This document shows positions 35,223-44,119 of a stretch of 64,000 nt of DNA, one piece after another. The stretch comes from an uncultured Bacteroidaceae bacterium (GTDB lineage: Bacteria; Bacteroidota; Bacteroidia; Bacteroidales; SM23-62). The notes under the pieces are model-generated. The model did not search any database. It was given only the letters and a program-made list of their open reading frames with translations, and was not told the DNA's origin. The position numbers and the translations under genes are program-made. Each line of letters starts with the position of its first letter. The first letter of the stretch is position 1. The DNA lies in the NCBI GenBank assembly GCA_964406005.1, contig CAYOPZ010000001.1:64098-128097 (forward strand). Reading direction: 5' to 3'.

Positions 35223-36077
35223 ATGAAGAATATCATTGTCCCCATTGATTTCTCCAAGGATGCACTGAAAGGGCTCGATCTTGCCCTGATGTTCACGAGA
35301 AAACAATATACCAACATCCAGATGGTGTACGTGCAGAAAAAAAGTTCCGATTATAACAGGCCCGGATCATTCGTAGAAGAAAAGAAATGGGCTGAGAAAA
35401 AGTTCCAGGATATTCTTGCAGACTACGAATCCAAAATGGAGAATGATTCCAAACTCCGCTTCATCATCAAATCCGGAAAAATTTACAAGGAGATCGTCAA
35501 CCAGGCCGAATCATACAAAGATTCCATGGTGGTTGTTTCCACGCACGGAGCTTCCGGATTCGAGGAATTTTTTATCGGCAGCAACGCGTTCAAGATCATA
35601 TCGGCCACTGAAATGCCGGTAATGACAATCCGCACGGGTAAGATCCCCGAAAACATAGACCATATCGTTCTGCCCATCGACGTAACGATAGATACCCGGC
35701 AGAAAGTGCCTCTGACGGCTGAGCTCGCCCAGTTGTTCGGTGCCGAAGTGCATATCATAACCATCAGTTCATCAAGGGGCAAGAGGATCATTTCACGTCT
35801 GAATGCCTATGCAAGCCAGGCTGCCAATTACTTTAAGGCCAAGGACGTGAACTACAGGATTAAGAACCTGTTCGGCGAGAACGTCGTTGACCTTGTCGTG
35901 GTTTATGCGGATTCTGTGGATGCGGATCTGATAACCCTCATGAAGACCCAGTCAAAAAGCATCAGCTTCGTGGGCAATTTTACCCAGCAGATCCTGAACC
36001 GTGCCACCATTCCCGTGCTTACACTTTCAAACAGGGAAACGCATATCATGACCGGGTTCAGCACCTTCGGAGACTGA
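35223..36077 (+). CDS. Tandem universal stress protein (UspA family)
   Basis: 284 aa with two Usp-like halves (IIVPIDFS..., VVSTHGASGFEEFFIGSNAFKI, HIVLPID...). Confidence 0.75.
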   Translation: MKNIIVPIDFSKDALKGLDLALMFTRKQYTNIQMVYVQKKSSDYNRPGSFVEEKKWAEKKFQDILADYESKMENDSKLRFIIKSGKIYKEIVNQAESYKDSMVVVSTHGASGFEEFFIGSNAFKIISATEMPVMTIRTGKIPENIDHIVLPIDVTIDTRQKVPLTAELAQLFGAEVHIITISSSRGKRIISRLNAYASQAANYFKAKDVNYRIKNLFGENVVDLVVVYADSVDADLITLMKTQSKSISFVGNFTQQILNRATIPVLTLSNRETHIMTGFSTFGD

Positions 36078-36872
36078 GCCGGTCAATTCCTTCCTGAACA
36101 TCCGGGCTATGCGCTTTTCCCTTATCCGCACGGGGATCAGTAAAGAAATAAAAAGCAGGACCCTGTTCCAGAAACCGGGAACAATGACCGTTTTTCCCTT
36201 CATCATTCCGTCAATGGCAATTTTTGCGACTCTTTCGGCCGGGAGTATCACCATGCCTGCCTTTTTTCCGTGGCTGTCGATCCGGCCGTAGGTGCCGGTA
36301 TTCGTACGCACTCCATTCGGATTTACGACGGTGACGCCGATCCCGGATCCACTCAGTTCCCTTCTCAATGCCCTGGAAAAACTGAGGACAAAGGCTTTCG
36401 ATGCTGCATACACGCTTTTATAGGCAATGGGATAATAGGCTGACAGGCTTCCCGTATTCAGGATATGGGCCCCGGGTAACTTTTTCAGCTCGGGAATAAA
36501 CAGGCGTGACAGGAGTACAGGGGCACGTACATTCAGCATTATCCTCTCATCGCTGTATTCCGGGGAGGACCTTTCGAATTCTGCAGCCCCGGCAATGCCT
36601 GCATTGTTGACCAGTATCCTGACCCGGTAACTGTTTTTCATGCACCATTTGTGGACCTCCAGGGGAGCGCCGGGCTGTGTCAGGTCTATCCCCAGTGTTG
36701 CTACCTTTACGGAAAACTTTTCCCTTATCTCCACGGCCGTCTGTTCCAGTTCCGGAGTCTCCAGGGCCACCAGCAACAGATCAATCTTCCTTCCGGCACA
36801 TTCCCTTGCAATGGCTTTGCCTATTCCGCTGCTTCCCCCGGTGATCAGTGCATATGTTGTTCGTTCAGCCAT
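36027..36872 (-). CDS. Short-chain dehydrogenase/reductase (SDR)
   Basis: It has TGGSSGIGKA, NNAG and YAASK motifs. Its 3' end overlaps the convergent usp gene by 51 nt. Confidence 0.8.
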   Translation of the reverse strand: MAERTTYALITGGSSGIGKAIARECAGRKIDLLLVALETPELEQTAVEIREKFSVKVATLGIDLTQPGAPLEVHKWCMKNSYRVRILVNNAGIAGAAEFERSSPEYSDERIMLNVRAPVLLSRLFIPELKKLPGAHILNTGSLSAYYPIAYKSVYAASKAFVLSFSRALRRELSGSGIGVTVVNPNGVRTNTGTYGRIDSHGKKAGMVILPAERVAKIAIDGMMKGKTVIVPGFWNRVLLFISLLIPVRIREKRIARMFRKELTGSVSEGAEPGHDMRFPV

Positions 36873-37831
36873 TTTATGGTGATTTTCATTCCTTCCTCGA
36901 AGGGTATGGGATCATATCCCAGCTGGGTTTTTGCTTTCCGGCTCGATACCAGCCAGTCGTACCTGTACCTCCTTACCACATCGGGTGTAAAGGGAGGGAC
37001 TCTTCCCTTCCATCCTGCAAAGATCAGCAATATATATGAAACCCAGACAATCACAGGCACCGGGACACTCACCAGAAAACGCCTCCGGCCCGTGATCCGG
37101 TTCACGATGGCAAACCATTCATTGAAAGAAACATTTTCTCCTCCAAGCAGGTAACGCTCTCCCCTGCGACCTTTTTCCATGGCCAGTATCATACCGTCGC
37201 TTACGTCATCGACATATACATAATTACCGATACCCTTTCCGTTACCCAGACGAATGTGCCATCTGCCTTTCAGGTACAGGTCGAGCAACCTGGCCACATT
37301 GCTGGTGCTCAATTTACCGGGGCCGTATACGCGTGAAGGATTCACAATGACAATGTCCATGCCCCGGCCGACATATTCGCGTACTTTTTGTTCTGCCAGG
37401 GCTTTGGACCGTATGTAATGGGTAAAGAGTTCCGCCGGACAGGGCGCGTTCTCATCCAGCGGTTCCTTCCCTGACGGTCCGAGCACACCTGCAGTCGAGG
37501 TAAATACCACTTTTTTCAGTCCCTGATCCATCGCGCATTCCAGTACATTTACAGTACCTTCCACATTCTGCCTGTAGATCACCTCCGGACTTTTCGCCGT
37601 AAGGGTGGCAAATGCGGCAAGATGATATGCCTGTTCACAACCCTGCATGGCCTTTTCAATGCTTATCCTGTCCGTCAGGTCGCCCCGGAACCAGTGTATC
37701 CTTTCGTGCCGGATGTCCCCGATCCTGGAAACATCCCTGTACAAGGCATGGACCTCTGCGCCGGAGCGGACCAGCTTGAGAACCAGGTTCCCTCCTATGA
37801 ATCCTGTCGCCCCGGTAACAAATATTCTCAT
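36845..37831 (-). CDS. NAD-dependent epimerase/dehydratase (dihydroflavonol-reductase / HpnA-like extended SDR)
   Basis: MRIFVTGATGFIGG starts at the ATG at 37831, which forms an ATGA overlap with the upstream stop. It carries the YxxxK motif YIRSK and a C-terminal hydrophobic segment. Confidence 0.8.
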   Translation of the reverse strand: MRIFVTGATGFIGGNLVLKLVRSGAEVHALYRDVSRIGDIRHERIHWFRGDLTDRISIEKAMQGCEQAYHLAAFATLTAKSPEVIYRQNVEGTVNVLECAMDQGLKKVVFTSTAGVLGPSGKEPLDENAPCPAELFTHYIRSKALAEQKVREYVGRGMDIVIVNPSRVYGPGKLSTSNVARLLDLYLKGRWHIRLGNGKGIGNYVYVDDVSDGMILAMEKGRRGERYLLGGENVSFNEWFAIVNRITGRRRFLVSVPVPVIVWVSYILLIFAGWKGRVPPFTPDVVRRYRYDWLVSSRKAKTQLGYDPIPFEEGMKITIKWLNEQHMH

Positions 37832-38565
37832 TTCTGCGAACGATTGATAGCCAAAACACGCATCTCCGGATTGTAATACAGGGAAAACCATTCAGTGGTA
37901 AGGGCCAGGGTAATGTGCGTCAGCAATGCAAAACATAGGGACCCCGTCTGCAGGCTGAAATAACAGAAAACAAGACCTGCCGGGACGGCCCCGAATGTTT
38001 CCAGGGCCCCCCGGTGTATGTGCGCGAGTGCATAATAAATGACATTGATGGCAATGGCCGGCCAGTACCCGTACGATCCGAAGCTTGCAAACAAAAGGAA
38101 TCCCCTGAACATGAATTCATAACCTGCAATATAGACCATCCAGCTCACCGCGCTCAACAAAACCAGCCCCGTATCCCATACCCTGCAACGGATCTGGGGG
38201 TACAGGGCAAGATTCCTTTCACGGCGTGATATAAAATACACCAGTATGAATATAAGGATGCCTGAAACCAGCCAGAATGGTATGATCCTGCGAAATGCAT
38301 CCGTGTTCAACCCGAAATCCCGAAGCGGCTGCCCGTATAAAAAAAGCACCAGAAGGGCGGGTATGAAACCGAAAAGAAAGGTTCCCAGAAGCCTGCTCAG
38401 AAGTACCCTTCTCACGGATGCCGCCTCCCGGCCAAAGCGACGGTTCAGCCACAGGCGGATCCTCTTCGATCCGGTGAACAGAAAATGCATCGCAAAAAGG
38501 ACAGGAACCACGGCAATGGCAATGTTTCCTTTCAGGGACGCACCGGCTGGCTCAATGACGATCAT
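37828..38565 (-). CDS. CPBP-family intramembrane glutamic endopeptidase (CAAX protease-like)
   Basis: It is polytopic, with GYEFMFRGFLL (EExxxR-type) and YYALAHIHRG motifs. Confidence 0.7.
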   Translation of the reverse strand: MIVIEPAGASLKGNIAIAVVPVLFAMHFLFTGSKRIRLWLNRRFGREAASVRRVLLSRLLGTFLFGFIPALLVLFLYGQPLRDFGLNTDAFRRIIPFWLVSGILIFILVYFISRRERNLALYPQIRCRVWDTGLVLLSAVSWMVYIAGYEFMFRGFLLFASFGSYGYWPAIAINVIYYALAHIHRGALETFGAVPAGLVFCYFSLQTGSLCFALLTHITLALTTEWFSLYYNPEMRVLAINRSQK

Positions 38566-39214
38566 AAAGCCCGAAATTGATGAAACGGTTAAACGGAACC
38601 AGCAGCCTGAAAGCCTTCAGGGTTTCACGGGCCAGGTCGCCTGACAAAAGCAGTTGTTCGTCAAAACCTCTTGTGACCGTATAACTCCTGTATTTGAGCA
38701 GATCAATGTACTCAAAATCCTTCGGAAAACCTTTGGGGGGTGTTTTCAGCCGGTCGCCGTCCCACAGCTCTCCGAAATATTCCACGAATTCCCTGTCCCG
38801 GATAACGCCTGTAAATTCTTCGGCATTCCCGTATATTTCATTACGGATCGCTTTCAGCACGGAAGGTTCGGGGCGGTAAACGCCCCCACCGGCAAACGCC
38901 CCGCCCGGCTCAAGGTGGAAATAGTAACCCGCATTGCCGGATTTTTTCCCTCCCCTGACAATGAAGGCGCCGAAATTTGATTTATAGGGAGACTTGTCCC
39001 TTGAGAACCGAATGTCCCTGTTGATCCTGAAAACCGCTTTCCGGGGATCCACCGGCCCCAGGTCGGGATCCATGATCCCGAGTTCATTCACAATACCTTC
39101 GATAAAGGCAAGGTATTCCCCCCTGGCTTCTTCATAGCGGTCCCTGTTTGCATGGAACCAGTCCCTGTTGTTGTTTGCCTTCAGGTCCTTTAAGAAAGAC
39201 AGGCTTTTTTTCAT
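38552..39214 (-). CDS. DUF2461 (TIGR02453-like) family protein
   Basis: FLKDLKANNNRDWFHANRDRYEEA plus RINRDIRFSRDKSPYK is a characteristic pattern. Confidence 0.7.
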   Translation of the reverse strand: MKKSLSFLKDLKANNNRDWFHANRDRYEEARGEYLAFIEGIVNELGIMDPDLGPVDPRKAVFRINRDIRFSRDKSPYKSNFGAFIVRGGKKSGNAGYYFHLEPGGAFAGGGVYRPEPSVLKAIRNEIYGNAEEFTGVIRDREFVEYFGELWDGDRLKTPPKGFPKDFEYIDLLKYRSYTVTRGFDEQLLLSGDLARETLKAFRLLVPFNRFINFGLYDRH

Positions 39215-39342
39215 GGCATTTCAGGTCTATTTTTTGTATCTTTTTGATGTGTTTCCAATCAAAAACCTCCGGATAATATAATAAAGATTTACTTATTTCA
39301 GGAGCTTCGGAACAGATTAAAACAGACCAGACAACAATCCCG

Positions 39343-40032
39343 ATGAAAAAAACACTTATCCTGGTGGCCGGCGGACAGGGAAAAAGAATGGGTTCTGAGC
39401 TTCCCAAACAGTTCCTCAGCCTGGGAGGACGGCCCCTGTTGATGCAGACCATGGATCTCTTCCACCGCTATGACGGCGCCATGACAATTGTCCTGGGCAT
39501 TGCGGAAGAACATGTCTCCCACTGGAAAAAACTATGCAAACAGTTCCGATTTGATGTACCCCACCTCATCACTCCCGGCGGTGAAACCCGTTTTCATACG
39601 GTGAAAAACGCCCTCCTCAAAGTGCCGGAAGGTTCGCTCGTCGCCATACACGACGCCGTAAGGCCGCTGGTTACCAGGGATACGATCGACCGCTGTTTTA
39701 CCCTGGCACAACATACAGGCGCCGCCATACCCTGCGTCGATGTACCGGGTTCCCTCCGTAAAATCGACAAGGGAAGAAGCAAAAGGGTGGACCGGAACAC
39801 ATTCCGTCTTGTGCAAACGCCACAGGTATTCCTTTATGAAATCCTCATGAAGGCTTACCGGCAGGACCATTCCGATTCATTTACCGATGATGCGGCTGTC
39901 GTGGAAGAAGCAGGATACCCGGTTTCGGTAGTGGAGGGCAATCCGGAAAACCTGAAGATCACTATCCCCGAAGACCTGGTCTGTGCTGAATCCATCCTGG
40001 AGGCATTCAGGGCAAGATCGGGACTCTATTAA
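39343..40032 (+). CDS. ispD: 2-C-methyl-D-erythritol 4-phosphate cytidylyltransferase
   Basis: It has VAGGQGKRMG, VAIHDAVRP and VQTPQVF motifs. Confidence 0.85.
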   Translation: MKKTLILVAGGQGKRMGSELPKQFLSLGGRPLLMQTMDLFHRYDGAMTIVLGIAEEHVSHWKKLCKQFRFDVPHLITPGGETRFHTVKNALLKVPEGSLVAIHDAVRPLVTRDTIDRCFTLAQHTGAAIPCVDVPGSLRKIDKGRSKRVDRNTFRLVQTPQVFLYEILMKAYRQDHSDSFTDDAAVVEEAGYPVSVVEGNPENLKITIPEDLVCAESILEAFRARSGLY

Positions 40033-40047
40033 GATATTGTATCCGGG

Positions 40048-40746
40048 TCAGTCTTCCAGGAAGGTTTCAACGATCTCCCCCTTCAGGCTGGTTTTCCTTT
40101 CCACTTTTTCCGGATTGCCCACATATCCCACAAAACCGCCTGTTGTGGCATCGGCCTTCAGGTACCCGCTTGCCGATACCTTGGCCTTGCCCGTGCCGCT
40201 TGCACTTACGGTGACTTCCCTGCAGTTGAACTGGTAGCCGTTGAAAGTCGCATTCGTTCCGGCCTTGATATCGGCGATCTTTCCCTCTCCCGTCAGGGTA
40301 AGTATGGATCCCTGCGATATATTGGCCTTCAGCGAATCGCAATAAAGCTTCAGCCTCAGGGCCCCTCCATTGTTCATCCTGATATCGAGCCTGTCGAGAA
40401 AAAGTGTCTCGTAAGACCAGACGGCTGCGCGGGCGGTGACCTCCATACCGGTAAGCTGCCTGAAGTGAATCCTGACCTTAAGGTCCGCATCCCTGTAATT
40501 ACCTGTCTTCATCCTGACGGACAGAATCCCGTCCTGAACCTCTGTGATCATCTGTGCCGGCTGTGCTCCCTCAAGGTCGATCTCCACGGATTCCTTCTCC
40601 GAAAGGATCAGCTCCGCATCGATCCCGCTGGTAATACTTATGGCATGAAATGCCTCCAGCTCACGTACGGTATTTACCCTGTCCTGAGACCTTGCGGAAA
40701 AAGAGAGGAAGATCAGGGCTGCAATCAATAAAAATCTTTCGCTCAT
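40048..40746 (-). CDS. Secreted DUF2807 / head-GIN-domain (beta-helix-like) protein
   Basis: A signal peptide runs from the ATG at 40746 (MSERFLLIAALIFLSFSA). Repetitive beta-rich segments end in SASGTGKAKVSASGYLKADATTGG. Confidence 0.5.
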   Translation of the reverse strand: MSERFLLIAALIFLSFSARSQDRVNTVRELEAFHAISITSGIDAELILSEKESVEIDLEGAQPAQMITEVQDGILSVRMKTGNYRDADLKVRIHFRQLTGMEVTARAAVWSYETLFLDRLDIRMNNGGALRLKLYCDSLKANISQGSILTLTGEGKIADIKAGTNATFNGYQFNCREVTVSASGTGKAKVSASGYLKADATTGGFVGYVGNPEKVERKTSLKGEIVETFLED

Positions 40747-40971
40747 AGGTAAAATTTTTTCCAAAATTAAACCAAATTATTTCGGGAATAAAGAATTTTT
40801 ACCGGAACTCCGGGTAGCTTCACCGACGATAAGGCTCTTTTGGCCTATTATTCCGCCTGCAGCAAAAAAATTAACTCCATCTTAACAATGCAATCGGGAG
40901 GATGGGTTATATTTGCGACCCCGGAAACTTTTATTGTATTTATTGTTTCCGCAGTTTAAAATGTTTTCCCT

Positions 40972-41607
40972 ATGAATACGGATCTGCAAAACATTCTGGA
41001 AAAAGTTTCAAAACTATACCGCAAGTACGGGATAAAGAGCATTACCATGGATGATGTGGCAAATGAGCTGGGGATATCCAAAAAGACACTGTATCAATTC
41101 GTGTCGGATAAGACAGAGCTTGTCGAAAAGGTCATTGATTATTCCCGTAACTGCAGCTTTGCAACGATGCTGGAAAAACTGAAAGGCGGATTGAATGCCA
41201 TAGAAGAACTGATTGAGGTAAGCGTCCAGCTTAATGCACTGATGAAGGATTACAGTCCTTCCTATCTCTACGACCTGAAAAAGTACTACCCGGAAATACA
41301 TGAAAAGCATATGTCGGCCCGCAGAAAATACATGTACGAATCCATGCTTGCGAATATAAGGAAAGGAAAGAAGGAAGGCCTTTACAGGATGGACCTTAAC
41401 GATAGGATCATAGCCAGGCTTCATCTCCTGAGGATTGAAAACCTCAGTGAAAGTGAGATCTTCAGGGAAGAGGAACTGCATACCACGGAATTTTTCAGGG
41501 AGGTGTTCGTCTACCACATACACGGGCTGGCCACTGAAAAAGGTCTCAGGGTGCTGGAAAGGAATATGCACAGGCTCGGTTCGCCGGAAAATCAAATGAC
41601 ACAATAA
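40972..41607 (+). CDS. TetR/AcrR-family transcriptional regulator
   Basis: The N-terminal HTH is GIKSITMDDVANELGISKKTLYQFV. It lies directly upstream of the RND efflux operon. Confidence 0.75.
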   Translation: MNTDLQNILEKVSKLYRKYGIKSITMDDVANELGISKKTLYQFVSDKTELVEKVIDYSRNCSFATMLEKLKGGLNAIEELIEVSVQLNALMKDYSPSYLYDLKKYYPEIHEKHMSARRKYMYESMLANIRKGKKEGLYRMDLNDRIIARLHLLRIENLSESEIFREEELHTTEFFREVFVYHIHGLATEKGLRVLERNMHRLGSPENQMTQ

Positions 41608-41618
41608 AACAGACAGAT

Positions 41619-42965
41619 ATGAGAACATTGACCATAATCATGTGCTTTATGATGCTCCCCGCCGCATACAGGGGATACGCACAAACCGGGGAAGGAACGA
41701 AATCCTTCAGCCTGAAGGAAGCCCAGGACTACGCTGTCCTGAACAACAGTACCGTCCTGAATGCCAGGCTGGATGTGGATGCCGCCAGGCAACGGATCTG
41801 GGAAAATACTGCATCCGGCCTGCCGCAAATTTCTGCCAGCGCGGGATATACAGATAACCTTCAGCTGATGACCACACTGATCCCAGCGGAATTTTTCGGG
41901 GGCGATCCCGGTACCTTCATGCCTGTTCAGTTCGGTACGCAGCACAATGCCTCGGCCAGTATCATTGCCAGCCAGCTGCTTTTCAGCGGTCCGTATATCG
42001 TCGGCCTCCAGGCTGCATCCAAATACAAGGACCTTACGGAAAAAACATTAATCAAATCCGAATCCGATATCAGGGAAGCCGTCGCCCAGAGCTATTATTC
42101 CATACTGCTGGCTGAAGCCAGCCGGGATGCTTATGCGGAAAACCTTGAAAGTATGAGGCAGCGGCTGGAGGAAACCAGGGCCATGGTCGAAACGGGTTTT
42201 CTCGAGGAACCGGATCTTGACCAGATACAGATCGCAGTGAGCAACCTGGAAAATGAATACAATTCGGCCGTGCAGATGGCAAAACTTTCATACAGGTTCC
42301 TCCTGTACATTATGGGTTCTGACATAGACGCGGAAATATCCCTCTCGGAGAACCTCGACGACATCATTGCAGACCTTTCGGGAGACCTGCTCCGGCAGGA
42401 GTTCGTTGTCAAAGACCATATAAATTACAAAATTCTCAATACACAGGAACAGCTTGCCTATCTCCAGGTAAAGCTGAACAAATACGAGTACCTGCCTGTG
42501 CTGTCGGTCAATCTGAACCATTCCCAGAGTGCCATGAGAAGGACTTTCAATTTCCTTGACTTTGACCAGGACTGGTATCCTTCCACCCTGCTCAGCTTTA
42601 ACCTGAGCGTACCGGTATTCAGTTCGGGGATGAGAAGGGCCAGGATAGGGCAATCCGAAATCGAGCTTGAGAAAACACAAAATCTCAAAACCGATCTTGT
42701 CAGCGGACTGGAGCTGACCGTTTCGCAGGCAAGGATAGCTTTTAACACGGCATATGAAAAATACCTTAACGAAAAGGACAACGTCAGGCTGGCCCGGAAG
42801 GTGTTCGACAACACTTCCGTAAAATACCGTGAAGGCACGGTAAGCAGCCTTGAGATGAGCGTAGCAAGCGATCAGCTGACCGGTGTGAATACGGGTTATA
42901 TCTCAGCCATGGTGGAACTTCTTAACGCCAGGCTGAAACTGGAAAAAGCCCTTGGAAACCTTTAA
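41619..42965 (+). CDS. TolC-family outer-membrane efflux protein
   Basis: 448 aa with a signal peptide and OEP repeats. Confidence 0.8.
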   Translation: MRTLTIIMCFMMLPAAYRGYAQTGEGTKSFSLKEAQDYAVLNNSTVLNARLDVDAARQRIWENTASGLPQISASAGYTDNLQLMTTLIPAEFFGGDPGTFMPVQFGTQHNASASIIASQLLFSGPYIVGLQAASKYKDLTEKTLIKSESDIREAVAQSYYSILLAEASRDAYAENLESMRQRLEETRAMVETGFLEEPDLDQIQIAVSNLENEYNSAVQMAKLSYRFLLYIMGSDIDAEISLSENLDDIIADLSGDLLRQEFVVKDHINYKILNTQEQLAYLQVKLNKYEYLPVLSVNLNHSQSAMRRTFNFLDFDQDWYPSTLLSFNLSVPVFSSGMRRARIGQSEIELEKTQNLKTDLVSGLELTVSQARIAFNTAYEKYLNEKDNVRLARKVFDNTSVKYREGTVSSLEMSVASDQLTGVNTGYISAMVELLNARLKLEKALGNL

Positions 42966-42976
42966 ACTGTCAATCC

Positions 42977-44113
42977 ATGAATCATATGAAAAAAATATCC
43001 ATTGTTTTAATCCTGCTTGTCCTGTCAGCCTCCTGCGACATGAACAGCCCCGATGCGATCCGTCAGCGGATCACCAGGAAAAAGGATGCGGCCAGAAGAA
43101 TAAACGATAAGATCACCGAGCTTGAAGACGAGCTCGCTGAAGTCGACACTTCTGAAGACACGAAATACCTTGTTCCGGTCTCATTGAAAACCTTGAAGCC
43201 TGAATCATTTGAACATTATTTTGAGATTACCGGCAGGCTGGAAGCCGAAGCGGATGCCTTTATCAGTCCCGAAACCAACGGCCAGATCAAAACCATCCAT
43301 GTGGAAGAAGGTCAGTATGTAAAGAAGGGACAGCTGCTCGTTTCCCTGAATACTTCCGTTACGGAAAGCAGTATCAGGGAGGTCGAAACAGGTCTCGAGC
43401 TGGCCACCAGGCTGTATGAAAAACAGAAGGACCTTTGGGACCAGAACATTGGATCAGAGATACAGTACCTGGAAGCCAAAAACGCCAAGGAGTCTGCCGA
43501 AGCAAGGCTGGCAACGCTCCGGGCCCAGCTGGACATGGCGCGGATCACCGCTCCTTTCTCCGGGGTGGTCGAAAGCATTATGCTCAGGGAGGGTGAACTT
43601 GCATCTCCGGGAATTCAGGTGATACAGCTCGTAAGTCTGAAAAATCTTAAAATTTACGGCGATGTATCCGAACGCTATATAGGCAGCCTGAAAAAAGGAG
43701 ATGTTGTGCTTGTCAGTTTCCCTGACCTGGAAGGCCTGAGCATGAAAGTCCCCATTTACCGGGTCGGAAATGTGATCGACGACAAGAGCAGGACATACCG
43801 GATCGAGATGAAGCTGGAAAACAATGAAAACAAACTGAAACCGAACATGTATACCACCATACTGATCAACGACTTCAGTGCCGGGGAAGCATTGGTCGTA
43901 CCTTCGATCGCGATCAAGCAGGATATACAGGGCAACTATCTGTATGTGGCCAGGGAAGAGAACGGTCGCCTCAAGGCACGAAAAAGATATGTCACAAGCG
44001 GTATGTCATACAACGATCAGACTATGGTCACAGGAGGTCTTTCCGAGGAAGAGGATGTGATCATTGAAGGATCCAGCCTGGTATCCGACGGTGTTGAAAT
44101 TACAACGAGATAA
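42977..44113 (+). CDS. Efflux RND periplasmic adaptor (HlyD/AcrA family)
   Basis: It has a lipoprotein-like SASCD, a coiled-coil hairpin and barrel-sandwich motifs (ITAPFSGVV). Confidence 0.85.
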   Translation: MNHMKKISIVLILLVLSASCDMNSPDAIRQRITRKKDAARRINDKITELEDELAEVDTSEDTKYLVPVSLKTLKPESFEHYFEITGRLEAEADAFISPETNGQIKTIHVEEGQYVKKGQLLVSLNTSVTESSIREVETGLELATRLYEKQKDLWDQNIGSEIQYLEAKNAKESAEARLATLRAQLDMARITAPFSGVVESIMLREGELASPGIQVIQLVSLKNLKIYGDVSERYIGSLKKGDVVLVSFPDLEGLSMKVPIYRVGNVIDDKSRTYRIEMKLENNENKLKPNMYTTILINDFSAGEALVVPSIAIKQDIQGNYLYVAREENGRLKARKRYVTSGMSYNDQTMVTGGLSEEEDVIIEGSSLVSDGVEITTR

Positions 44114-44119
44114 GGGAAA

